Assembly: GCF_056746865.1 (NCBI RefSeq)
Contig: NZ_CM163382.1
Length of the DNA stretch: 64,000 nucleotides
Reading direction: 5' to 3' (one strand)
The translations under genes were made by a program, and so were the position numbers. Shown here one piece after another: positions 1 through 10,894 of the stretch (the first letter of the stretch is position 1; each line of letters opens with the position of its first letter). Below the pieces are notes generated by a model that was given only the letters and a program-made list of their open reading frames with translations, searched no databases and was not told the DNA's origin.

Positions 1-797
1 TGCTGCAACGGAATGTCCAGATACGGCAGGATTTTGCCTTCTGCCATCAGTGGGATGACGTCGTCCACATGCGGATAAGGGTAAACGTAGTGCAGACGTG
101 TCCAGATCCCCAGTTTCGATAACTGTTCGCACAGGCTGACCATGCTGGTTTTTACCGGCTCGCCGTTGTGGAAGCCAGTACGATGTTTAACATCGACGCC
201 ATAGGCGGAAGTATCCTGCGAGATCACCAGAATCTCTTTAACGCCCGCATCAACCAGACGTTTCGCTTCACTTAACACTTCGCCAATCGGACGGCTCACC
301 AGGTCGCCGCGCATAGACGGAATAATGCAGAAGGTGCAGCGGTGATTACAGCCTTCAGAAATTTTCAGATAGGCATAATGACGCGGCGTCAGTTTCACGC
401 CTTGTTCTGGCACCAGGCTCAGGAATGGGTTGTGTTTCGGTTTTGGCACGTAGTGATGAACGTGCTCCAGAACCTGCTCATAGCTATGAGGCCCGGTGAT
501 TTCCAGCACTTTCGGGTGGACTTCGCGGATCTGATCTTCTTTTGCCCCCAGACAACCGGTCACAATTACCTTGCCGTTTTCATTCAACGCTTCACCAATG
601 GCTTCCAGTGATTCTTGTACCGCGCTGTCAATAAAGCCGCAGGTGTTGACGATCACCATGTCCGCATCGTCATAGCTCGGTACCACGTCATAACCTTCAG
701 TGCGTAGTTCGGTGAGAATACGCTCTGAATCGACAAGGTTTTTCGGACAGCCAAGGGAAACAAAGCCGATTTTCGGCTGGGGAGTTACTTTGCTCAT
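1..797 (-). CDS. rimO: Ribosomal protein S12 methylthiotransferase RimO (radical SAM), N-terminal part; 3' end lies beyond the window start
   Basis: Minus-strand translation from ATG at 795-797 gives [20 protein letters not shown]... with the CNHRCTFC radical-SAM motif; position upstream of bssR matches K-12 order. Confidence 0.85.
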
Positions 798-1009
798 AGC
801 TTAAAAAATATTCAGTTACAGGAAAGGTCAGGGCAGGGATTCTACAGAGTTCTGGATAAAATTTGTATCGCAATCTCATTCGCTGGCGGAGGCGAAGGAA
901 ATGTAAATTTTGTTAATTCGGCGTGAAGAATTGATCCTGGACAGCATTTTGCTCAAAAAATAGCCATACTATTTAATTGCAACAAGGCTGGAAAGAGGAG
1001 GATCGAAGT

Positions 1010-1393
1010 ATGTTCGTTGACAGACAGCGAATCGATCTGCTGAACCGGTTGATCGACGCACGCGTTGACCTCGCCGCATACGTGCAACTGAGGAAGGCAA
1101 AAGGATACATGTCCGTCAGCGAAAGCAATCATCTACGAGATAACTTTTTTAAACTGAATCGCGAACTGCACGATAAATCGCTGCGGTTGAATCTTCATCT
1201 GGATCAGGAAGAGTGGAGTGCTCTTCATCATGCTGAAGAAGCATTAGCGACAGCCGCAGTATGTTTGATGAGTGGGCACCATGATTGCCCGACTGTTATT
1301 ACCGTCAACGCCGATAAGCTTGAAAATTGTCTGATGAGCTTAACGCTGAGTATCCAGAGCCTGCAGAAGCACGCCATGCTTGAGAAGGCCTAA
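1010..1393 (+). CDS. bssR: Biofilm regulator BssR (127 aa)
   Basis: ORF 977-1393; internal ATG at 1010 gives MFVDRQRIDLLNRLIDARVDL..., length matches BssR/YliH. Confidence 0.85.
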   Translation: MFVDRQRIDLLNRLIDARVDLAAYVQLRKAKGYMSVSESNHLRDNFFKLNRELHDKSLRLNLHLDQEEWSALHHAEEALATAAVCLMSGHHDCPTVITVNADKLENCLMSLTLSIQSLQKHAMLEKA

Positions 1394-1400
1394 AAACTAA

Positions 1401-1440
1401 GGGGGAGAAAGCGTCTCCCCCTTCATGTTTAAGTTTTTGT
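1401..1440 (+). terminator. Stem-loop (GGGGGAGAAAGCGTCTCCCCC) followed by a T-rich tract, downstream of bssR
   Basis: Perfect 8-bp GC stem directly after the bssR stop codon; the T-run is interrupted. Confidence 0.5.
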
Positions 1441-1503
1441 AAAAATGAATTTGTTATCTCCTCCACTGACTACGCTTTAAGCCAGAGTCAATCCGGAGGC
1501 GTT

Positions 1504-2619
1504 ATGCATCGACAATCCTTTTTCCTTGTGCCCCTTATTTGTCTTTCTTCCGCTCTCTGGGCGGCTCCTGCAACGGTAAATGTCGAAGTACTGCAAGACA
1601 AACTCGACCATCCCTGGGCGCTGGCCTTTTTACCCGATAATCACGGTATGTTAATCACTCTGCGCGGCGGCGAGTTGCGTCACTGGCAAGCAGGAAAAGG
1701 ATTATCTGCGCCGCTTTCCGGAGTGCCGGACGTTTGGGCGCACGGGCAGGGCGGCCTGCTGGACGTGGTTTTAGCGCCTGATTTTGCTCAGTCTCGCCGC
1801 ATCTGGTTAAGTTATTCCGAAGTTGGCGATGATGGCAAAGCCGGAACTGCTGTGGGTTATGGCCGCTTAAGTGATGATCTCTCAAAAGTGACCGACTTCC
1901 GCACCGTCTTTCGCCAGATGCCAAAACTGTCTACCGGCAACCATTTTGGCGGGCGGCTGGTATTCGACGGTAAAGGTTATCTTTTTGTTGCTCTGGGCGA
2001 AAACAATCAGCGCTCGACGGCGCAGGATCTGGATAAATTACAGGGCAAACTGGTGCGTCTGACCGACCTGGGCGAAATCCCGGATGATAATCCTTTTATA
2101 AAGGAATCCGGTGTGCGCGCCGAGATCTGGTCTTATGGCATTCGTAATCCGCAAGGAATGGCGATGAATCCGTGGAGTAATGCACTGTGGCTGAATGAAC
2201 ATGGCCCGCGCGGTGGTGATGAAATTAATATCCCGCAAAAAGGCAAAAACTACGGCTGGCCGCTGGCAACCTGGGGAATCAACTATTCGGGCTTTAAGAT
2301 ACCGGAAGCGAAAGGGGAGATCGTCGCCGGGACCGAGCAACCTGTTTTTTACTGGAAAGATTCGCCCGCCGTGAGCGGCATGGCCTTCTATAACAGCGAT
2401 AAATTCCCCCAGTGGCAGCAAAAATTATTTATTGGCGCGCTGAAAGATAAAGATGTCATTGTGATGAGCGTCAACGGCGACAAAGTGACAGAAGATGGCC
2501 GTATTTTAACGGACAGAGGGCAGCGAATTCGTGATGTTCGCACTGGACCCGACGGTTATTTATACGTTCTCACCGACGAGTCCAGTGGGGAATTACTTAA
2601 AGTTAGCCCACGCAATTAG
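1504..2619 (+). CDS. yliI: Soluble aldose sugar dehydrogenase, PQQ-dependent (371 aa, signal peptide)
   Basis: ORF translation; N-terminal signal peptide; position between bssR and gstB. Confidence 0.85.
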
Positions 2620-3242
2620 CTAACGGGAATCATCACCACTTTGCGCACTGCTGGGCGTTCAGTGAGTTGCTGATACCAGCGTTGCAGATTTGGACGCGGT
2701 GTCCAGGTCAGGCCAACGTTAAACAAATTGTAGATGAACGGTGCGATAGCGATATCGCCCACACCAAACTCGTCGCCGGAGAACCATTTTACTTTTGCCA
2801 GTTCCGCATCGAGCAGGGCAAACAGGGCGTCGCACTCTTTACAACTGGCATCAATGGCGGCCTGATCGCGCTCTTCCGGTGGTGTTCTGACTAATCCCAT
2901 CAGGATCCCGCGATGGGCATTACTGAGCGTCTGGTTTGCCCAGTCCATCCATTTTTCTGCTTCCGCACGACGTGCCGGTGAGTCGATCCACAGGCGTTTT
3001 TGCCCGTACTGTGCCGCCAGATAGCGGACAATGGCGTTTGATTCCCAAAGAATGAGATCACTTTCGTCGTCACGCAACAACGGCACCAGCCCGTTAGGGT
3101 TCATCGCCAGAAAATCAGCATCGTGATTTATCCCAAACTCACGGCCCGCGAGAATTTGCTCATAAGGTAGTTCCAGTTCTTCGAGCGTCAGCAATACTTT
3201 TTTTACGTTGGTTGAATTATTCCGACCCCACAGCGTAATCAT
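2616..3242 (-). CDS. gstB: Glutathione S-transferase GstB (208 aa)
   Basis: ORF 2616-3248; [16 protein letters not shown]... N-terminus; 4-bp overlap with the yliI stop. Confidence 0.85.
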
Positions 3243-3488
3243 ACTCACCCCTTTTCCGACAGGCAGCCACAGGCTGAACAGGACTCCGATGGTGAAGTAA
3301 AGTTAACTTTTAAGCAACAGCTGGCAAAAAAATGACACCAGAAGCAGCGAAGCGGCAGGATATTGCATAAACTTTAAAAACTTTACCAACTTACGGTTTC
3401 TTTAAGTTTGTGTGTGCGTTATTAATCACCGAACTTATCATACGGCGATATAACGTATTTTTTTTGAATGGATACTCGGGTGGCATTT

Positions 3489-4691
3489 ATGACGCAATAC
3501 TCCTCTCTCCTTCGTGGTCTTGCAGCGGGTTCTGCATTTTTATTCCTTTTTGCCCCAACGGCATTCGCGGCGGAACAAACCGTTGAAGCGCCGAGCGTGG
3601 ATGCGCGTGCATGGATTTTAATGGATTACGCCAGCGGTAAAGTGCTGGCAGAAGGCAATGCGGATGAAAAACTGGACCCCGCGAGCCTGACTAAAATCAT
3701 GACCAGCTATGTGGTTGGGCAGGCGCTTAAGGCCGATAAGATTAAACTCACCGATATGGTGACGGTCGGTAAAGATGCCTGGGCGACGGGAAATCCGGCA
3801 CTGCGTGGTTCATCGGTAATGTTCCTTAAACCGGGCGATCAGGTTTCGGTGGCAGACCTGAACAAAGGTGTGATTATCCAGTCCGGTAATGACGCCTGTA
3901 TTGCGCTGGCCGATTACGTTGCCGGGAGCCAGGAGTCATTTATTGGTCTGATGAATGGTTATGCCAAAAAACTGGGTCTGACCAACACTACCTTCCAGAC
4001 GGTGCACGGTCTGGATGCGCCGGGGCAGTTCAGTACCGCGCGCGATATGGCATTGCTGGGTAAAGCATTGATCCACGATGTGCCGGAAGAGTATGCCATT
4101 CATAAAGAGAAAGAGTTCACCTTCAACAAAATTCGACAGCCTAACCGTAACCGTCTGCTATGGAGCAGCAATCTGAATGTTGATGGCATGAAGACAGGAA
4201 CCACGGCAGGCGCGGGATATAATCTGGTTGCTTCGGCTACCCAGGGCGATATGCGTTTGATCTCCGTAGTACTGGGTGCGAAAACTGACCGTATCCGTTT
4301 TAATGAGTCTGAGAAATTATTGACCTGGGGTTTCCGCTTCTTTGAAACCGTGACGCCAATTAAACCTGATGCCACCTTTGTGACTCAGCGCGTCTGGTTT
4401 GGTGATAAGAGCGAAGTGAATCTCGGGGCAGGCGAAGCGGGCTCAGTGACCATACCGCGTGGGCAGCTGAAAAACCTGAAAGCGAGCTACACGTTAACGG
4501 AACCGCAGCTTACCGCACCGCTGAAAAAAGGTCAGGTTGTCGGCACCATTGATTTCCAGCTTAACGGTAAATCCATTGAGCAGCGTCCGCTGATCGTGAT
4601 GGAAAATGTGGAAGAGGGGGGATTCTTTGGTCGGATGTGGGATTTCGTGATGATGAAATTCCATCAGTGGTTCGGCAGCTGGTTCTCTTAA
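3489..4691 (+). CDS. dacC: D-alanyl-D-alanine carboxypeptidase PBP6 (400 aa)
   Basis: ORF 3468-4691; start at [10 protein letters not shown]; signal peptide; SxxK-type PBP sequence. Confidence 0.9.
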   Translation: MTQYSSLLRGLAAGSAFLFLFAPTAFAAEQTVEAPSVDARAWILMDYASGKVLAEGNADEKLDPASLTKIMTSYVVGQALKADKIKLTDMVTVGKDAWATGNPALRGSSVMFLKPGDQVSVADLNKGVIIQSGNDACIALADYVAGSQESFIGLMNGYAKKLGLTNTTFQTVHGLDAPGQFSTARDMALLGKALIHDVPEEYAIHKEKEFTFNKIRQPNRNRLLWSSNLNVDGMKTGTTAGAGYNLVASATQGDMRLISVVLGAKTDRIRFNESEKLLTWGFRFFETVTPIKPDATFVTQRVWFGDKSEVNLGAGEAGSVTIPRGQLKNLKASYTLTEPQLTAPLKKGQVVGTIDFQLNGKSIEQRPLIVMENVEEGGFFGRMWDFVMMKFHQWFGSWFS

Positions 4692-4699
4692 TCTTCTGA

Positions 4700-4735
4700 T
4701 AACCGGATGGCGCGAAACGTCATCCGGTTATACGT
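4700..4735. terminator. Bidirectional hairpin between convergent dacC and deoR
   Basis: Inverted repeat ATAACCGGATG ... CATCCGGTTAT between the two stop codons. Confidence 0.5.
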
Positions 4736-4737
4736 CA

Positions 4738-5496
4738 TTAATACATCAACTTAATACGCTGCGTCTGCGCGTACTTCACATATTCATCTTCCGGGCAACA
4801 ATCGCTTACCATAATATCAAAGCGTTTCAGGTCACCCATGCGCGCCGGACGCACCTTGCCAAATTTACTGTGGTCGACAACCAGCACATGCTTTTGCGCC
4901 ATCGACATGGCCCAGTGTTTTACCGGCAACTCTTCAAGATTAAAACAGGTAGCGCCCTTACTGACATGCACCCCCGCCGCGGAATAAAAAGCGATATCCG
5001 GGCAAAAATTATTCAGCGTTTGCTGAAAATCGATGGGTTTGAAAATGGCGTTGCTGGCGTGAAATTCACCACCGCAAAGAAACGCGCGGCAATGAGGTTT
5101 CTCTTTCAGTGCCAGAAAGGTATTTAGCGAATAACAAACGGCGGTGAAAGGGATTTCATTATCAATCGCTTCAATAATCCACGGTGTGGTGGTGCCACAG
5201 TCAAAAAAGAGGGTCTGATCGGGTTCTACCAGCGTCGCAGCCAGTTTTGCCGCCCGGCGTTTTTCTTCCACCAGGCGGGATTTTTGATCGCTTAACAGAT
5301 AATGGCTGGCACTGCGCGGTTCCAGAACAATATAGCCGCCGAGCAAAACGACGGGCGCACTGTGGTTGTTCAGATCGCGACGAATCGTCATCTCCGAAAC
5401 CCCAAGCAGGGCGGCGGCGTCTTTAAGATGTAACTTATCGCTGCGTTTTAATTCTTGCAGCAGCTGCCCGATACGCTCTTCGCGACGTGTTTCCAT
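4738..5496 (-). CDS. deoR: Deoxyribose operon repressor DeoR (252 aa)
   Basis: ORF translation METRREERIGQLLQELKRSDKLHLKDAAALLGVSEMTIRRDL (helix-turn-helix); gene order. Confidence 0.9.
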   Translation of the reverse strand: METRREERIGQLLQELKRSDKLHLKDAAALLGVSEMTIRRDLNNHSAPVVLLGGYIVLEPRSASHYLLSDQKSRLVEEKRRAAKLAATLVEPDQTLFFDCGTTTPWIIEAIDNEIPFTAVCYSLNTFLALKEKPHCRAFLCGGEFHASNAIFKPIDFQQTLNNFCPDIAFYSAAGVHVSKGATCFNLEELPVKHWAMSMAQKHVLVVDHSKFGKVRPARMGDLKRFDIMVSDCCPEDEYVKYAQTQRIKLMY

Positions 5497-5553
5497 AATC
5501 CCTCTGAATAGTTATTGAAGCGAGCCGCTCAATACTACACTTTTTAGCAGAGA

Positions 5554-6150
5554 TCAGTCACGCACCCAGCCTTTGCGGATCGGTAATGCAAAACAGAAGC
5601 GATACCACGATTGCAGACGTTGATAGAGTTTATGCCCCATCGCTTGCCAGATAATCTGGGCGCTAAGGCAGCCAATCATACCTGCCAGCAATCCACCGAG
5701 CATATCCAGCGGCCAGTGGACGCCAAGATAAACGCGCGACCAGGCAATGACGACGGCCAGCACCATTAAAAGTGAGCCGGACCACAGGCGATGCCAGCAT
5801 AAAAATGCCAGTGCAAAGGTGAAAATCACCGTACCGTGATCGCTCGGGAATGAGTCATCCGCCGCATGATGCAGGAAGTTATAGCCGATATTTTCGACAA
5901 AGGGGCGGTCGTGCGGAAAAAGATGTCCCATCGTCCAGGACACAAACAGGCTGACCGCCAGCGCAATAGCGATTTTTATCACCAGTTGCCGTTGTGCTGT
6001 AAGCCCCCACAACCAAAGTATCGCGGCCAGCAACGGCACCACGGTAATCAAATCTTTAGCAATAAAAATCGCCAACGAGATCATCCACGGAGCCGAGTCT
6101 GGCGTCGCGTTAATAAGAGAGAATAGAGAGAGATTCAAATTTTCCAGCAT
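5554..6150 (-). CDS. ybjG: Undecaprenyl-pyrophosphate phosphatase YbjG (PAP2 family, 198 aa)
   Basis: ORF 5554-6165 with start at MLENLNLSLF; membrane protein with PAP2-like motifs. Confidence 0.85.
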   Translation of the reverse strand: MLENLNLSLFSLINATPDSAPWMISLAIFIAKDLITVVPLLAAILWLWGLTAQRQLVIKIAIALAVSLFVSWTMGHLFPHDRPFVENIGYNFLHHAADDSFPSDHGTVIFTFALAFLCWHRLWSGSLLMVLAVVIAWSRVYLGVHWPLDMLGGLLAGMIGCLSAQIIWQAMGHKLYQRLQSWYRFCFALPIRKGWVRD

Positions 6151-6434
6151 AACTTCCCGACGCAAAGTGATTAAAAGGGAGCCAATACAGGCAAGTCGTT
6201 GAGAATAAAGTGCAGGTTAAACTGGGTAAAGCGGCATCGTCTTATTTCCCTCAAGCGGCCTGTTTACGGTGGGTGATTGTAACGGGCATAGGTTAAATAA
6301 AACTTAAAGAAAGCGTAGCTATACTCGCAATAATGTAAGAATGTGCTTAACCGTGGTTTCAGCTACAAAATTCGCTTTCTCGTTAGCTGCGCTTTTATTA
6401 AACTTTGCGCGATTATTATTGGCGAAGAAATTGC

Positions 6435-7667
6435 ATGCAAAATAAATTAGCTTCCGGTGCCAGGCTTGGACGTCAGGCGTTACTTTTCCCTCTCTGTCTG
6501 GTGCTGTACGAATTTTCAACCTATATCGGCAACGATATGATTCAACCCGGTATGTTGGCCGTGGTGGAACAATATCAGGCGGGCATTGATTGGGTTCCTA
6601 CTTCGATGACCGCATATCTGGCGGGCGGGATGTTTTTACAATGGCTCCTGGGGCCGCTGTCGGATCGTATTGGTCGCCGTCCGGTGATGCTGGCGGGGGT
6701 GGTGTGGTTTATCATCACCTGTCTGGCAATATTACTGGCGCAAAACATTGAACAATTCACTCTGTTGCGCTTCTTGCAGGGCATAAGCCTCTGTTTCATT
6801 GGCGCTGTGGGATACGCCGCAATTCAGGAATCCTTCGAAGAGGCGGTTTGTATCAAGATCACCGCGCTGATGGCGAACGTGGCGCTGATTGCTCCACTAC
6901 TTGGCCCGCTGGTGGGCGCGGCGTGGATCCATGTGCTGCCCTGGGAAGGGATGTTTGTCTTGTTTGCCGCATTGGCAGCGATCTCCTTTTTCGGTCTGCA
7001 ACGAGCCATGCCTGAAACCGCCACGCGTATAGGCGAGAAACTGTCGCTGAAAGAACTCGGTCGTGACTATAAGCTGGTGCTGAAGAACGGTCGCTTTGTT
7101 GCGGGGGCGCTGGCGCTGGGATTCGTTAGTTTGCCGTTGCTGGCGTGGATCGCCCAGTCGCCGATTATCATCATTACCGGCGAGCAGTTAAGCAGCTATG
7201 AATATGGTTTGCTGCAAGTGCCTATTTTCGGGGCGTTAATTGCGGGTAACTTGCTGTTAGCGCGTCTGACCTCGCGCCGCACCGTACGTTCGCTGATTAT
7301 TATGGGCGGCTGGCCGATTATGATTGGTCTGTTGGTCGCTGCTGCGGCAACGGTTATCTCATCGCATGCGTATTTATGGATGGCCGCCGGGTTAAGTCTT
7401 TATGCTTTCGGTATTGGTCTGGCGAATGCGGGACTGGTGCGATTAACTCTGTTTGCCAGCGATATGAGTAAAGGTACGGTTTCTGCGGCGATGGGGATGC
7501 TGCAAATGCTGATCTTTACCGTCGGTATTGAAATCAGCAAACATGCCTGGCTGAACGGGGGCAACGGACTGTTTAATCTCTTCAACCTTGTCAACGGAAT
7601 TTTGTGGCTGTTGCTGATGGTTATCTTTTTAAAAGATAAACAGATGGGAAATTCGCACGAAGGATAA
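6435..7667 (+). CDS. mdfA: Multidrug efflux MFS transporter MdfA/Cmr (410 aa)
   Basis: ORF 6405-7667, start at [27 protein letters not shown]; 12-TM MFS profile. Confidence 0.9.
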   Translation: MQNKLASGARLGRQALLFPLCLVLYEFSTYIGNDMIQPGMLAVVEQYQAGIDWVPTSMTAYLAGGMFLQWLLGPLSDRIGRRPVMLAGVVWFIITCLAILLAQNIEQFTLLRFLQGISLCFIGAVGYAAIQESFEEAVCIKITALMANVALIAPLLGPLVGAAWIHVLPWEGMFVLFAALAAISFFGLQRAMPETATRIGEKLSLKELGRDYKLVLKNGRFVAGALALGFVSLPLLAWIAQSPIIIITGEQLSSYEYGLLQVPIFGALIAGNLLLARLTSRRTVRSLIIMGGWPIMIGLLVAAAATVISSHAYLWMAAGLSLYAFGIGLANAGLVRLTLFASDMSKGTVSAAMGMLQMLIFTVGIEISKHAWLNGGNGLFNLFNLVNGILWLLLMVIFLKDKQMGNSHEG

Positions 7668-7669
7668 AA

Positions 7670-7705
7670 AAATGCCTGATTGCTTTGTGCGATCAGGCAT
7701 TCTCA
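7670..7705. terminator. Hairpin between mdfA and ybjH
   Basis: AATGCCTGATTGC ... GCGATCAGGCATT inverted repeat immediately after the mdfA stop. Confidence 0.5.
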
Positions 7706-7707
7706 AA

Positions 7708-7992
7708 TTAATGGTGATGGTCGTCAATCTGGTGTTCGATAACCATCCCTTCACCTACGCTGGCAAGATGGCGAACATAAGGATGCGGGCGGTAAGCCGG
7801 AGCTGGCGCGGGAGCCACATAGACGGTTTGCGGCACAGTCGCGACGCTGACCGCTTGTGGAACGCTGACTGAATCAGGAACCACAACCACTTTGTATCCA
7901 CTCGGCACATCGACGGTGACACTTTGCGCCATCGCCACACCAGTAAAGCCCATTAAAAGCGCGCCCAACAGTAGACAATTTTTCATAATCAT
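7708..7992 (-). CDS. ybjH: Small secreted protein YbjH (94 aa, signal peptide)
   Basis: ORF translation MIMKNCLLLGALLMGFTGVAMA...; gene order. Confidence 0.75.
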   Translation of the reverse strand: MIMKNCLLLGALLMGFTGVAMAQSVTVDVPSGYKVVVVPDSVSVPQAVSVATVPQTVYVAPAPAPAYRPHPYVRHLASVGEGMVIEHQIDDHHH

Positions 7993-8076
7993 TTCGCCTG
8001 AAATAATGCAGCGGGTTAATTTGCGCGAATTATGCAGCCTTCATTCAGGTATTGTGTTGCCGGGCGTGCTGCCGTT

Positions 8077-8892
8077 TTATTGGTTAAATGGCGCTTCGTG
8101 TTTAAGCACTTTATCGATCACATCCAGTACGCCTTCACGGTTATTGGAGCCTGCCCGGTATTTTGCCGCTGCGACGACCGCGCTGCCGGCATTTTCCATT
8201 GCAAAACTAAAGCCTGCCTGACGCAGCATCTCAATATCGTTACCGCCATCGCCAAAGACCACCACTTCGCTGTCGTCTATTCCCCATAATTTCTGCAGTT
8301 GGCGAAGGCCATTGGCTTTATGTACGCCGGGGATAATCAGATCGATACTGCCGTTGCCGGTGTGGACCGGCACCATAATATCGCCGATGGCCTCATGTAA
8401 TGCTTTTTGTACTTGTGGAATCAGTTCATCGGAAAGATTCAGACCAAACTTAAAGAAGATATCTTCTAAGTTGTCAAAGTTATCGACGTATTCCAGACGG
8501 TGATAATACATTTCCGCCACCGTTTTCATGGCATCGTCATATTTTTTGAGGGTATAGGCGCTATTTTTTCCGCAGGCAATAATTTCCACTTCCGGGCGCG
8601 TCAGCAAATGTTCCACGACAGTAGCAAACGCATCCTTCGACAGCTCGCCATTAAAAACATCTTTGCCTTCGCTCACTACCCAGCCGCCGTTTTCAGCCAC
8701 AAAGGCTATTTCATTAGCAATTTCCGGAAAGAAAGAGATCAACTGATAATATTGATTCCCGCTGGCGACCACAAAGCGAATGCCTTGTGCTTTCATTTGC
8801 TGATACTGAGCCATAAACCGCTCACGGTTATAGGTTTTTTGATCGCTTAAGAAAGTACCATCCATGTCTACCGCAATTAATTTAATGCTCAT
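8077..8892 (-). CDS. ybjI: HAD-family FMN / sugar phosphatase YbjI (271 aa)
   Basis: ORF translation [15 protein letters not shown] (HAD motif I DxDGT). Confidence 0.85.
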   Translation of the reverse strand: MSIKLIAVDMDGTFLSDQKTYNRERFMAQYQQMKAQGIRFVVASGNQYYQLISFFPEIANEIAFVAENGGWVVSEGKDVFNGELSKDAFATVVEHLLTRPEVEIIACGKNSAYTLKKYDDAMKTVAEMYYHRLEYVDNFDNLEDIFFKFGLNLSDELIPQVQKALHEAIGDIMVPVHTGNGSIDLIIPGVHKANGLRQLQKLWGIDDSEVVVFGDGGNDIEMLRQAGFSFAMENAGSAVVAAAKYRAGSNNREGVLDVIDKVLKHEAPFNQ

Positions 8893-10100
8893 CAACTATT
8901 CTCCATCGCCGTCTGCGTTTTGGTATCGGGTTTGGCGACGGCTTTCGCGACAATAGCCGCGAGAATAACCAGCGCCAGTACAACCAGCATTGCACTACGT
9001 AATCCATAATGTTCGCCGAGATAGCCCAGCAGTGGCGGCCCGACGAGGAAAGCCAGATAACCGGTCGTTGCTACCACACTGACGCGGGTTGGTGCATCGG
9101 GGCCGGTATCGCTGGCGGCAGAAATGGTCAGCGGGAAGCCCAGCGAGGCACCCAGTCCCCAAAGTACAACAGACACCCCAGCGACCCAGGCGCTATCGAC
9201 AAAAATAATCAGCCCAATACCCAACGCTCCCATTAGTGCACTGGCCCGAACCACGGCAACGCGACTGTAACGGTCGATGAACCAACCGCCGGTAAAGCGT
9301 CCAACAGTCATCCCCAGGGTAAAACCGGCATAAATCAGCGAGCCGGAAGTAGGGCTAAAACCGTGACCGTCAACCATTAATAAGGGTAACCAGTCGTTGG
9401 CAGAACCTTCGGCAAAGGCCATCGCCAGCACCACAACACCAATCAGCAGCAACTGGATATCGCGATAAAAAGGTACGCCTTTTTCACCATGCTGGGTGCC
9501 ATCGGCAGCATTTTTGCCCGTACCGTCAGGGATTGCCTGAATGGCGATATAAATAGGCGCGATGCCTACCAGCGCCGCCAATAAAATGTGCACCGTTGCC
9601 GGAACGCCAAAGGCCGTCAGTGCCATCCCGACACCAGCGCCTGCCAGCGTGCCCAGGCTATAAAAACCGTGCATCATCGGCAAAACCGTCTTATTCATTT
9701 CTCGCTCAACGGCAGCACCTTCAACGTTTATCGCCACTTCCGCAGAACCAAAACTTGCCCCAAAGACGCCGAGGCCAACCGCGAAGAGCAGGGGCGATGT
9801 CAGCCAGAGTGCCAGACTTAGTATCATCATCCCGATCAATGCGCAGGACATCGTGACCAGGATGACATTACGCGTCCCAAAGCGTTTCACTAACCACGCC
9901 GAGCAGAGAATACCGCTCATTGAACCGATCGACAGACCAAAGAGGACTCCGCCCATTTCAGCGATCGAAACAGAAAGAATATCGCGGATAGCAGGCGTAC
10001 GGGTTGCCCAGGACGCCATTAACAGGCCCGGCAAAAAGAAGAACATAAACAGCGCCCAGGTTCGGCGTTTCAATGCATTACGTGAAGAATTTACGGTCAT
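8892..10100 (-). CDS. ybjJ: MFS transporter YbjJ (402 aa)
   Basis: ORF translation, multi-TM; position divergent from rcdA. Confidence 0.8.
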
Positions 10101-10143
10101 AGATCACGTCAAAATAAGAAGAGGGAAGACAACATTAGCAAGG

Positions 10144-10163
10144 TTGTGTACATTTGTACACAA
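10144..10163. promoter_or_regulatory. Near-perfect 20-bp palindrome TTGTGTACA-TT-TGTACACAA in the ybjJ–rcdA divergent promoter region; candidate TetR-family (RcdA) operator
   Basis: 9-bp arms pair perfectly around a 2-nt centre; lies 20 bp upstream of the rcdA start codon. Confidence 0.6.
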
Positions 10164-10183
10164 TTGCAGAGAGAGGAAATGAC

Positions 10184-10720
10184 ATGCGTCGCGCTAACGA
10201 TCCGCAACGGCGAGAAAAAATTATCCAGGCCACGCTGGAGGCGGTGAAACTTTACGGAATACATGCTGTTACGCACCGCAAAATTGCTACCCTTGCCGGG
10301 GTACCGTTGGGGTCGATGACCTACTATTTTTCAGGAATTGATGAGTTGTTGCTGGAGGCGTTCAGCAGTTTTACTGAGATCATGTCCCGGCAATATCAGG
10401 CATTTTTTAGCGATGTTAGTGATGCTCAAGGCGCATGCCAGGCTATCACCGATATGATCTACAGCTCACAGGTTGCAACGCCGGATAACATGGAGCTGAT
10501 GTACCAGCTCTACGCGCTGGCTAGCCGAAAACCGCTATTAAAAACGGTAATGCAAAACTGGATGCAGCGCAGTCAGCAAACGCTCGAACAATGGTTTGAA
10601 CCCGGAACCGCCCGCGCGCTTGATGCGTTTATTGAGGGGATGACGCTGCATTTTGTCACCGACCGTAAGCCGCTATCGCGCGAGGAGATTTTGAGGATGG
10701 TTGAGAGGGTTGCAGGGTAG
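10184..10720 (+). CDS. rcdA: TetR-family transcriptional regulator RcdA (178 aa)
   Basis: ORF 10154-10720, start at [21 protein letters not shown]; TetR-type helix-turn-helix. Confidence 0.85.
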   Translation: MRRANDPQRREKIIQATLEAVKLYGIHAVTHRKIATLAGVPLGSMTYYFSGIDELLLEAFSSFTEIMSRQYQAFFSDVSDAQGACQAITDMIYSSQVATPDNMELMYQLYALASRKPLLKTVMQNWMQRSQQTLEQWFEPGTARALDAFIEGMTLHFVTDRKPLSREEILRMVERVAG

Positions 10721-10739
10721 TAGATAAATTATAGGCAAC

Positions 10740-10818
10740 AAAAAACCCACCAACCTTGAACCGAAATGGCGGGGTTGATGGGCTCCACAAAATGGGGACA
10801 TCAAAGAAAAGCAGTGGC
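10740..10818 (-). ncRNA. rybB: Sigma-E-dependent small RNA RybB
   Basis: Minus-strand sequence GCCACTGCTTTTCTTTGATGTCCCCATTTTGTGGAGCCCATCAACCCCGCCATTTCGGTTCAAGGTTGGTGGGTTTTTT matches RybB as I recall it; terminal hairpin plus U-tract; sits in the rcdA–ybjL intergenic region as in K-12. Confidence 0.85.
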
Positions 10819-10860
10819 ACTAATTAAGACTGATGCCCTGCGGAAAAGTTCTGCGGTTGT
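10819..10860 (-). promoter_or_regulatory. Sigma-E-type promoter of rybB (-35 GAACTT, -10 GTCTTA-like)
   Basis: Minus-strand GAACTT followed about 16 nt later by TCTTA just upstream of the RybB 5' end. Confidence 0.55.
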
Positions 10861-10894
10861 GCAAAAAAATTTCATTTTCAGGGCAACTTCAGTT

